The notes under the pieces: model-generated
The model's database searches: none
What the model saw: the letters and a program-made list of their open reading frames with translations, nothing else
What the model was told of the DNA's origin: nothing
Shown here: in pieces, positions 26,021-37,445 of the stretch
How positions within the stretch are numbered: the stretch's first letter is position 1
How the letters are laid out: the number at the start of each line of letters is the position of its first letter
NCBI RefSeq assembly: GCF_964355755.1
Contig: NC_092672.1
Location: 28,836,437 to 28,900,436, forward strand
DNA length: 64,000 nt
DNA from: Antedon mediterranea
Lineage: Eukaryota; Animalia; Echinodermata
Reading direction: 5' to 3'
Translations under genes and position numbers: made by a program

Positions 26021-29000
26021 TGTTATCACATATCAAATGTTAATCGTATAAGAGAAGGCCTTAATTACAGTCGAATTCTTTTATAAATTCTAGATAGAAA
26101 ACAGTAAGATGAAGTTTTCCACACTCGAGTATGTAGGGTATGTAATTAATATATGTTTTAATGTTAAACACCGAAAGGGAAATGAACGATAAAAATAAGT
26201 AACCTTTTGTAGTTAGTTGCTGTAGTGGTGTTATATAATTAAAAGCAAACACACAATCATACGTACTTTAACAATGGAAAAGATCCTATTGACTGATTTA
26301 TGTAGGAATTTCACCACAACATAGAGGCATTCCTAATTATGGACTCTGTGTGTACACTATGTATTTGTATTGTACAACTGTTTATTACTTCATTTTCAGG
26401 AAAATGATATTGAATGTATATCTTCTGTTACACTACTATACTAATACAATTTTACATACCACACAGTATTCCTGGTAGTATTTATTTGTATCTATTATAT
26501 CAAATCCAATTTAGTGGTTCAATCAATTTAAATACGTCTATTATCGCTAAACTGTATAGGCCTACAAATAATTAATGCCAAATCACAGTTTAAAAATTTG
26601 GTAAATTATTACAAATATAACTGGGCAGATTTTGTGGTGTTGAGGAACCACCAATTCATAATTGTGTAGCCAGTTGAGATTGCGTATTCTCCAGCGTACG
26701 ATATTAGTGACACATTGGCTAATAATATGCACAAGAAAATGTAATGTAGGATTTTTTAGAACTTTTCAGGAAGCTGCAGTAAGTTAACCGTAACAGAGAG
26801 AATTTAAATAGTTGGTAATTGTTGCTTTGAGAACATAATTTACTTTCCCACTGTAGTTATAACCGTACCAGGGATTATGTTTTAGTCATTTTGAAATAGT
26901 CCTTATAATTATTAATATCTCAATACTGAGGAAAGAAATGGGGTTATTTTGACAAAATGATACCTATTTGTTGCGCGAATTAATTACTCAGACAATTTAC
27001 CTTTTAAAAATGCCGACAATATGGAGATTACACACGTCAATGTTGAATTAGATTTGCATTTTAATTATCAATAAATACTTGGGGATTTTAATTGTTATAT
27101 TTTGTATAAGTATGATTTAAAATCTTTAATCCGAAGAACAACTGCATGCCATAAGCCTACTAAATTCCCTTTTAAATGTTTTTTATTGCTTTCAGTCATT
27201 AACATAAATTGTATCTTTAGTTTTCATTTGTAGGCCTAATTTTATAAACTGTTTTTCTGTTTTCTTGCATGCTTTGGGTGCTCTTTTTATTCTTATTGCT
27301 ATGTCTTTTAAAGCTCAGATACAGGCATGAATTTTAAATATAATATTTGGTTAATTGTACATAAATCAAATATTTGTAACAGAAATCAAGACGAAAAACA
27401 ATTAATTTCCCTTAATATGGTCAAATACAAACTTTGTCAAAATTCTTCCATAAAAACCAGAAAGACCTTTTTTCAGTAGTTAGGTAGTTAAACTAATGTA
27501 ATAACATGTCTGGTGACTCCCTAGACGGTGAAAAAAGATGGTGGATATACGGTGGATAATGTTTGCTATAGCATGAAAATAAAAATCTGAAGTTGAATAA
27601 AAAATATCAGAAATGTAATATTCAAGTTATATTACCTATATTTAGTCATCTGATAACATTTTTTACCACACCGTTTATTTTTCATAGCTTTTTAAAATGC
27701 CTCTCTCTATTTACTGTTTGTACAAAAGAATAGAGATTTTACTGTGTAATTTGAACTATCCCCCCACTGATAAGAACGTGCTTATTTTCAACAAGCTTGT
27801 GTAACACAAATAAAATCCCCAAAATTATGAAACATAGGGGAAACTATAGATCGATAATTATTGGAATGTATGATCAATAGAAATTTTTTGCCCGCACCTG
27901 GCCTTTAAAGTGTTCGATTATATTAACTAACCACCGTCGTACGCCGAGCCCTTCCCTATTGTGGCCCCCAATGCATTTGAGTGCCTGTTACTGGAGCAAG
28001 GAGAGATATTACGATAAACATTTCTGATTTTGCTGATTCAATAATTCATTTGTTGATATGATAATATAAAACAATAATGTATGTACACGTGACCCTGCAA
28101 AAAGTAGGCTGTTAATGTTTCATAAAGAAAAGTGCAACTTACGTTTAAAAATCTAATGGTAGCAGTGGTTATGCCAATACCAGGAAGTTGTTAATCTGCC
28201 AATACTAAGTGCATGCAATTTACTAAAAGACGCGTTAGTTATTTGAGTTTGGCCAGGTTCGTATGACACTAACAATGAAGTAAACGATATAAATAATTGA
28301 ATATCAACATAAGACATAATACAATCTAGATTGTGATTGTTGTATCATCACACACTGGCCGTTCTTTGTAACGTTGAGTAGGCCCTATACAGTATTTTTA
28401 TTTGGCAAAATGTCAAGTATAATATATTTGTAAGGTATGTAAGTTAGTATGTTTATTTGCATAAAAAATGTGAATGTTTTTACCGCAGACCATTTTTTTT
28501 TAGATTTACAGATTTTTTAAATTTTAGATTTACAGTACGTCACAAACCTTATTCTTTTATTTTAATAGATTGAAATACTTAATGTTGTACATATAACAAA
28601 TACCCTATACTCAACTCTGTGAGACAATCCATGCGTCATTACAGACCTATGAAATAGTTCCCAGTCGGTGAAGTAAATTCCTGGATTCATTATTAATTTG
28701 TGTAGGCTTATCCTTGTTTGTGTGACGGTAATGCTAAAGAAGCAAATTGGTGAATTGAAGGTATTGATTAAAACTGTAAAGTGGAATATAGCAATTATGT
28801 TAAATTTGCCCTAAGTCTGTAGTTATTATCTTTGTAGTAATTGTCTTTTTTATGTTATTCTGCTAAGCGTATAAATTTTTATCAAGTATTATACGTATGA
28901 GACGCCATATGTGCCAAAATATTTATCTTTACTACTTACGGTCTAGAACCTAGGCTATTAAATGCTGTACAGACGAAGAACATACGCACAACTTTATAGA

Positions 29001-30724
29001 TACAACAATCATGTTAGCGTAGTAAAGTAAAAACCCATTTCACGTCATAAAGGTATGAATAGCAACAAATAGGCTTATATCGGGTTTATGGTTCAAAACA
29101 AATGGGCCTATTCTGGGCCTGTTTCTGTTATGCGCGATTTGAACAATTGCGCAAATAGAATCAATATTTAAATTGCGCAGAAAATTTCGAACAGCGCATG
29201 GTATATTCAGTATTTGATAATACCAAAGCTCATATAAATCAGTATATATTTATAAAAAATGCAGGTAAAACTACTTTATTATTTTCCTGTTAATTAATGT
29301 TGTTAAAGAAAACGATTTACACATTTGTAGAATTTCATTTGCACATTTAACGTCAAAAACCTGATCGTTTTTACATTTAACGGCGTGATGTTTGCACATT
29401 AGGGGTACATTTTTACAGATTTGCACATGTGAGGGCGCCATATTTGCACATGTGGTTATTTGCACATTTGAGGGCAAGGTGCTGCTGGATATGGTATCGA
29501 TATTCGTTCGTATTCTTTTCTTTAATAACGATTATAATAGGTAACTTGAAGCTGATTTTTATTTTGTTAATTTTATATTTTTATATCTGAATGCTGTTGT
29601 ATGCTTGACTGCAGTATGTCATCTGAGCACATCACACTTTGTTTGTTGTCAAACTTCAGGTTTTAGTATAGTACTGATCAATTTACTTAAGGATATGGCA
29701 ATGAAAACAAAGGTATTAATCGTGTTTATTAACGATCAACCACAGCGAGTGTAGAATGTGACGTCATCGCATATTGGACAACAGAAAAGAGAATTTACTG
29801 TGATACAAGGTAGGCCTATAGGTTTGCAATTATAATAGCATTTCCATTTCTGTATCGCTATTTATGATATATTTAGCTTCATTTAGAGATGATTCTTTAA
29901 ATTATTAGCAATTGTATTTTTTTCATTGGATTAACACTTATCTATAGAGTTTTTTTTACTTTTGTGGAAACGTTCGCTTAAAGCTTGGATCCCACTAGAA
30001 CGCAACGCAAGGACGTAAGCCTAACGCAACCATAATTAGTATTATTTGTAGGCCCTAGGCCTAATTAATTATGTAATTTTTGTAATCAGCAATTTATTTA
30101 CACAACAAAAATAATACAATGAAATACAGTAAAATGATAATGTAAATAAAGTTTTATGAACAGTACAGGTAGTTCAGTGTTTCTCTCTCTGGCTAGGCAT
30201 CTTAATATGCCAAAATACCCACATCAATTGTCGTTAGAGTTAAAAAAGTAGTCTTATTTACCAGGTGTGTAGAGCTCTAACCAGTTTTTACGTCAAAACG
30301 AAAACTTAAACGGTGAAAGAATAAATATTGAAAATGATCGTTGAACAGTCAGTTTTCGGTGAAGTGACTACGTTCGACAGATATCAGACGATGTGTGTAC
30401 GGTACTTTGCGCTTTTTATTGAGGGCGCTATTTATTTACAATTCTATCGAGTACGATCGTTAAAACAGTCGTACTATTTTTACTAATAACTGAATTAATA
30501 TTGCATAATTTGAAGTATTACTTCATGGCTTGTTGTAAAACTAATATATTTACTTGCAAATATTATTATTTGTTGTTAATATTTCATATTATGATTGTAA
30601 CGTTTAATTTACTAGCTTAGTAATTATCGCTATCTCAGCGATGTTCGCTAGGCTCTCGCGTTCAGTCAAGCGTGCAAAACCTTAACAACAAAGGCTTTCT
30701 TTCTTTCTTTCTTTCTTTCTTTTT

Positions 30725-32040
30725 TTAATGCAAGTAATTTAAATGCTGCAGATGCTTTAAGTCTAAAAAATAGCTTGTCTTGCTTAAACTTTATACAACT
30801 TATTAATGTATATACACGAATAACCAGTAGTTCAAGAACAACAATTGATCATGTATATACAAATATCCATTCTAGATTTTTAACTTCAGGAACCATAGAA
30901 TTAGATATATCAGACCATTTGGCTACTTTTTGTATGTTAGAGAACTTTAATGACTACTTCCAACAGACTGATCAAATCAAATTTAGAAAATTTTCCAAGT
31001 TTAATATCCAACACTTCCAACATGATCTTATGAGTGTAAATTGGTCTGAAGTATTTGATAGTCAAGAGGTAAATTCTGCTTACACAGAGTTTAAAAGGTT
31101 ATTTCTAGAAGTTTGTAATAAACATGCACCATTAGTTTTAAAAACTGTTAACCCAAGAAAGAAACTAAAGAAACCATGGATTAATTCTAGTATAAAAAAA
31201 TCAATTAAGCATAAACATAGGTTATTTTCAAAGGTAATAAAAAGTAATTACAATGTAGATATGTTAGCAAAGTATAAACGATATCGAAATTGTCTTACAA
31301 ACACCTTAAGAACAGCAAAACAGAAATATTACTCAGATCAATTTGAAGAAAAGTGTGGTAATACAAATAAAACATGGGAAATTATTAATGATATTTTAGG
31401 AAGAGGTAAGAAGAAAATGAAATTACCTAATAAATTAGAAATTAAATCATGTGATGGCAATGTTAATATAGAAACTAATCAAACAGCAATAATTAATGGT
31501 TTTAACGATTATTTTGTTTCAATTGGAAAAAATCTTGCAGAAAAATGTATTGATAACACAAATGTAAATCATAATATATATTTATCAACTGTACCCCAGA
31601 ATTCATTATTTTTCAATTATGTTGTTGATGAAGAAGTAAATGATATCTTAAAGGGTTTAGATAAGAATAAAGCTGTAGGCTTGGACCAAATTAATCCTAA
31701 ATTAATTATATATGCAGCAGATTATATATCTAGACCCTTTACGTATATAATTAATTTGTCACTATCTACAGGGATCTTCCCTGATGACTTAAAAAAAGCA
31801 AAGGTATTTCCATTATTTAAAAAGGGTCTGCCATCAGATCCAGGGAATTACAGACCAATATCTGTATTGCCACAATTTAGTAAAGTATTTGAGAAAATTA
31901 TAAATAAGCAACTTTTATGTTATTTAAGTAAATTTGATTTATTATATCATCAACAGTATGGATTTAGAGAAGGGTACAGCACAAAACTTGCTATTATTGA
32001 GTTAGTACAAAATTTGTCTGAGAAATTAGATAAGGGAATA
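30725..32040 (+). mobile_element. Internal fragment of CR1/L2-group LINE ORF2 (endonuclease end to RT start)
   Basis: TRIT..TTIDHVY..ISDH, KPWI, KAVGLDQI, GIFPDDLKKAKVFPLFKKG..NYRPISVLP..SKVFEK, QYGFR; truncated at both ends. Confidence 0.9.
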
Positions 32041-32637
32041 TAAAATATAACAATTAACAGAAAAGTAAAAAAAGGCAAAAGCAACTATACCCCTATCCTA
32101 CCCCCCCCCCCCCCCCAATTTACATCGATACATACAGTAGATCATTACTTTACACAATGAATACAAAACAAGATATAGTAAAAGTGTATAAAATAAAATA
32201 AAATCAACTGATAAACACAGCTTATTACGAAAAACCCCCAACTCCTCCCCCCCCCCCCAACTTTTTTTCAATTTACTTAATGTAGCAATGTAGATAACAC
32301 AGTTATTGAGTCATGGAATTCTCAGTGAATCATTTCGAAATTGCCATGCTTGTTTTAGTTATCTTTTACAAAAACTATCCAAAGTATTTTCACACTCTTC
32401 ATCAATTAAATTATCTGAGTATCCCAAAATATATTTAAGTTTGTCATTTTCAGGAGAAGTATAAAAAGTATCAAACATATCTTTGCTGCCATTTCTATAC
32501 ATATCCACATATAAATTAAATAATTCCTGATTACGTATATTATTTAAAGCTGGACAATTAAGGATGAAATGATGGATGTCTTCGTCCGAATTTGTACCGC
32601 ACAATTTACATTTTTTATTATTATCAATATTCCAATT
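32041..32637 (-). mobile_element. 3' end of another non-LTR retrotransposon
   Basis: CKLCG..EDIHHFILNCPAL zinc-knuckle-like ORF2 C-terminus followed by a G-run-containing 3' UTR. Confidence 0.6.
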
Positions 32638-33363
32638 TGGAAATATAACCGGTATATACCGGCTTTCTGTGAGAAAGGAGTCGGGCATATTCGGCCAATA
32701 AAAAGTCTCTGACAAAATAATTATTGAGGGCGTCCTTTATTGTTATTATTTTTGTCTAGCGATGATATGGCGGCGAATGTTAAGTTACAGATTATTATCT
32801 TCCTTTATAGCATATTTATGCAATACATGCTATGTACAGTATATTGTGCATATATTATACAGGTATAGCAATTAATTTGCCGTCATCAGCAATCTGTAAA
32901 ACACCTTAGAAGGCTGTAGGCCTACAATTTACAAGGCGACGAAAGATCAGGCACCAACAAAGCTATGTTATGGCCTAGCCTAGCGGCCTCTCTATAGATT
33001 ATGCTACAAATTTCTTCTTGTCCCCTTATTTTAAGCAGCTCTCTTATCTCATTATCCCTCCAGTTCGACATTATTATTGTTAATTGAATTGAATAGGCGC
33101 CAAAGTGATACACTTGACCGCGCAAGGTGTCAAAGCCTCGACGGGGAACCCCGGAATATAACGGCGATACGTTCTCACAGAATGCCCGTCTGGCATTGCG
33201 GGGAATATCCCTAGAATATTACTAGGTCTAAAGCAGGTCATGTCGATCCCGGCATGGTGCCGGCATGATGCCAAGACGACCCGTTCTCACAGAAAACCAT
33301 ACCGGCATGGTAATGGTATATTCCCGCAATATTCCTGGCACACAACTCTGTGAGAAAGGGGCT
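32638..33363 (-). mobile_element. PIF/Harbinger derivative with a Myb/SANT-like remnant
   Basis: End TGTGAGAAAGGGGCT|TAA; repeated TTCTCACAGAA motifs; remnant peptide MSNWRDNEIRELLKIRGQEEI resembles Harbinger Myb-like protein N-termini. Confidence 0.65.
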
Positions 33364-33759
33364 TAATAGAGAGACAGATTAATGCTCTTATGAAAAAAAC
33401 CTTTTCCATATATTTTGTAATTTTTTTAACAAATTTCCTGATCTAAATTACAGTTAAACTAAAGTTATTAATGTTTTGGTAAATTAAAAAAAAAAAAAAC
33501 AAACAAAATAAATGTAAAAGTGTATATATATATATATATAAGCTGTTCTGAAATGGAAAATTTAAGTAGAAGAATGTAACGATTAAAAAAAAAATCTTGG
33601 AATAAATTTGTTATACTTGCCCAAGTAAACATTTATAATACTATTATTACTAGGTAGAGAAATATGTTTTATTTCGAGCCGAATTCATCCCTGGGCCGAA
33701 ACGTTCCCGATTCGATGGAAAGCTGAATCTGAAGGCAGCGATGGCGTTCCACAGTCATA

Positions 33760-33906
33760 TATTTGGCGTTCCATAAGTTATAGCGCCACCTTTGGTTGGT
33801 ATTTGGCGCATAGATTTGAAAACGACAAACGGCGATACTTGTAGGCTCTCTGTGAGAAGAAAATGTTTCTAGGCATACGTGTTTTTTATGTCGATTTATG
33901 AATAAG
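33760..33906 (+). promoter_or_regulatory. NCAPD2 promoter and non-coding exon 1: CTCF-like motif, E2F site and CHR element
   Basis: TAGCGCCACCTTTGG at 33781 (CTCF-like); TTTGGCGC at 33802-33809 (E2F consensus) followed by TTTGAA at 33815-33820 (CHR); donor AAG|GTATGT after 33906; acceptor at 37428 just before the ATG. TSS not determined. Confidence 0.7.
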
Positions 33907-34433
33907 GTATGTATTTCTAGATGACTAAAACATCTATATAATGTTTATAATCCCCTAATATCTAACAATATGTTGAAATCGTTTCTTATTAGCCACATCA
34001 TACATTTAAATAATAAACATTACAATTATTCTCGCTCTTATGCGCTGTGTGTGTACGTGTGTGCTGCTGTGTTTCAGCCCGAGACGACGGACGATACCTG
34101 ACGAGCCGCAAGCTGAATGAGAATAGTCGTTTTCTATCATTATGCCTAGCCTAGGCTAGGCCTACATCTACCAATCAATGGGCCATCCCATTCCCATCCG
34201 CCTACTAAGGTAGCCTAATGGCGCACCACTTAAAGTCCTCAGGCTAGGCCTAGTGTGCAGCTTTGTATACAAATAGAAACGGTATTTTACCTTTTAAAGA
34301 TGTAGGCTGCTAGGGCATATGACCGTTTCGGCCACAGACAGTTTCGGCCACAACAGATTTCTATGGCGCGCCATTCACGCATATATTAAAAATGAACATA
34401 TCAAGACCCAACATAAAAATAATAATTGAGTAA

Positions 34434-34772
34434 TGCACTTGTCAATTGTATGACCCACTATACGACCCCCCGGGAGAGGTGCGTCATTTGTCCGATGTGC
34501 GTCATACTTTTGAATACCATGACGCACCCGTGCGTCATAAAGGTAACTTACCTTTAGGTGACCATGACGCACCCATTTTGACGCACTGTGACCATGTTGT
34601 TTATGATATGGTGGGTGGTAAAGTGACGGACATTGACACACCTTGTTCATTGATGTGACGTACCATCTAGGTTTTTTGACGCACCCCTGCGTCAGTAATT
34701 ATTTGTAAATGACGCACCCATGACGCACCTCTCCCGGGGGTCGTATAGTGAGTCATACAATTGACAAGTGCA
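34434..34772. mobile_element. MITE with ~53-bp TIR, nested copy 1
   Basis: TAA|TGCACTTGTCAATTGTATGACCCACTATACGACCCC.. / ..GTCATACAATTGACAAGTGCA|TAA (TAA or AT TSD, PIF/ISL2EU-like). Confidence 0.88.
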
Positions 34773-35154
34773 TAATTTGCGGCGATATGCATTTAACATA
34801 TTTTAACATGTCAAAATACAAACAAAATGAGTAATAATTCGGATAAAAATGCTACTAAGGATAACATTTGTTGCGTTCAATGCGAACGTCAGAGGAAGTC
34901 CCCAAACTAATTACTACTAGACCTATTATCAATTAATAATTGCTGCTATAAATATATTGAGCAAAACGTAATTGTATTATTTTTCAATAAATGCTAAGTC
35001 AGTAAAACAACAATTTAAAAAATTCATTTTCATTTATCCACTAAACTGTACAAACAAGTGTTGCTTAAACCACACTCCAGAAAAGAAAATATGAAAGAAA
35101 TTTGCAGAAAGAAGCAATCAAACACTGTTATTTCAAAGTTCGGAACATCCGTAA

Positions 35155-35492
35155 TGCACTTGTCAATTGTATGACCCACTATACGACCCCCGGGAGAGGT
35201 GCGTCATTTGTCCGATGTGCGTCATACTTTTGAATACCATGACGCACCCGTGCGTCAAAAAGGTGACTTACCTTTAGGTGACCATGACGCACCCATTTTG
35301 ACGCACTGTGACCATGTTGTTTATGATATGGTGGGTGGTAAAGTGACGGACATTGACACACCTTGTTCATTGATGTGACGTACCATCTAGGTTTTTTGAC
35401 GCACCACTGCGTCAGTAATTATTTGTAAATGACGCACCCATGACGCACCTCTCCCGGGGGTCGTATAGTGGGTCATACAATTGACAAGTGCA
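35155..35492. mobile_element. MITE with ~53-bp TIR, nested copy 2
   Basis: Differs from 34434-34772 at only a handful of positions; same orientation and same immediate flanks. Confidence 0.88.
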
Positions 35493-37445
35493 TAATTACT
35501 ACGGAAATTCGGCCCAATATTTCGGACGTAGGGAAATGAAGATAAATAGGCTACTACGGAAATGATGGGGAATCCCCGGCAAAATGCAATGACTACGGAC
35601 AAATCAACGACCCATATGACGGGGTTTTCGATGTACCTTCTCATGACGCACACTGTCAGAAATTCATTCCGAGCCTGTTCAGAAACATATCTAAAAAAAA
35701 ATTCTTCAATGCCTTCGCATAATTCCTCTTGGGTAGTTTGTGTTTTACTAATATTTCAAGTTCATTTTATTAGGTAAAATTTTACACGAAAAACAACGCA
35801 CGCATTTCTATTAACATTTATTTACCAGTGTTTCATTTACATCTTACAACATATTAATTCTTAATAATTATATACTTTCTTCAATTGTTTCTTCCGATAA
35901 AATAAATCGTATTCTTAACCACTTTGTTCTTCCGTTTCTTATTCCTTTAAAGTTATATTTATTGTACACAATACAATTGGTATATATCCCTACGTACTTC
36001 AATTCGTTTTATATTTATAGAAAAATGTACATACAATTACAATTAGTAACACTTAGGCCTCATCAATTCATTTCTTTTATTTGTAAAAACTATACATTTT
36101 AATTTCAACCGTATTGTATTTTTTGTACTCTGAAATATCGGTATCTACAGTACGTAATTCTTCGTTTCTTATCTCATCATGCCACCTAGCTACAAAATAA
36201 GTGTTTGTATTTTATTTTCATTATTAATTAATTTAATTGCCAAGTTTGTCTGTGTCCGTGTTTTCCTGTGTAAAAACAAAAAACAAAAGTAAAACGCAAT
36301 GAAATCGATAATCCTGTATTACATTGTCGTGTCTCATTGTTCCCCTATCAATGGCACTATGGGCGTTCCATAGATATGATAGTAATATTGTCTGTGGCCG
36401 AAATTGGCCTAATCCGCTGCTAGGCCCTCCTAGCTCTAGGGCTACCTACAGTAGGCCCTACTACTACTAGCCTAGGCCTAGTAGAAGTAGACCTATGTTG
36501 TCCTGAAAAAATGATTCTTGAAACATTTTTTTTGTTGAAGAATAGGCCTAGCTAGAGGCCTAGGCCAGTACTTACATTTTAATGTCACCTCATACATATA
36601 AATAGTTATCCACTTTCTTTGACCAAAAATGGATTGTAAAATAAATTATTTACCTGAAGAAAAAACTATAAATTGACGGGCTGCCAGTCAAAACAGGTTT
36701 TTAGTTTAATTTAAACATTTATTTTGTAATGTAAGTGAAAGCATTATTTTTTCTGTTTCATTTTCTACAGACAGACCTCTTCAAAATCTGATTTAATTAA
36801 TCTTAAGTTTTCATGTTTTTGGGGACAATACATTTTAATTTTGTCCTCTTTTTATCTATAAATAGCCTAGGCCTACCTAATAATAACTAAAAGTATCTTA
36901 TTCTTACTACACTGTTGCTAGCTAGTATTCTGTAGGCTAGCCTATCCTACTACTGTAGGCCCTACTGTATATCAATACAATAGACCTACCAGTACCACCA
37001 TTCAAATCCACCTTTCTTTCTGACTCTTCTACACTTGACGGGGCCGTAGTAGTAGGCTAGCCTACTGTAACTATACATACATCACAGTTGGAAGCCCCTA
37101 GCAAACCCTAATATAAATTAAATTATGTACAAAATTCAAAGTTTGTAATTGTATATCTAACTATCATTGTATCTATCAATCAGGCCTATTTGCGCTAACA
37201 ATTGCACTCGACAATTTTATAAGAATACAAATATTGTCATTTCATTTATTTTGTCTCAAATAATTATAACAAAAAAAATAACAAACAATAGAGAGAGACA
37301 GGATTCCCAAAATAACTAAATCAAACTATCAAGTGGGTCTCCAGAAACAGTCAATCATACAATATTCTCTTGCATTCTATTGTGTAACATTTTACGTAAC
37401 GTTTCCTATGTTTTTACTTTATTTTTAGGATAACAAAAACTGAAA

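Larger units (their letters stand above)
34314..36415. mobile_element. Foldback-like non-autonomous DNA transposon with 8-bp TSD in NCAPD2 intron 1
   Basis: TSD GCTGCTAG at 34306-34313 and 36416-36423; ends GG..TTTCGGCCACAGACA / TGTCTGTGGCCGAAA..CC; absent from the paralog (~1485-1505). Confidence 0.8.

Noticed and set aside
29310-29477. Other end of the TGTTG element starting at 11749, which would make an 18-kb NLR-carrying transposon
   Set aside because: Inverted (TTGCACATTT)n repeats are of a similar style, but the unit differs and there is no CAACA terminus or matching TSD.
34375-35777. His/Asp-rich ORFs
   Set aside because: They fall inside palindromic MITEs.
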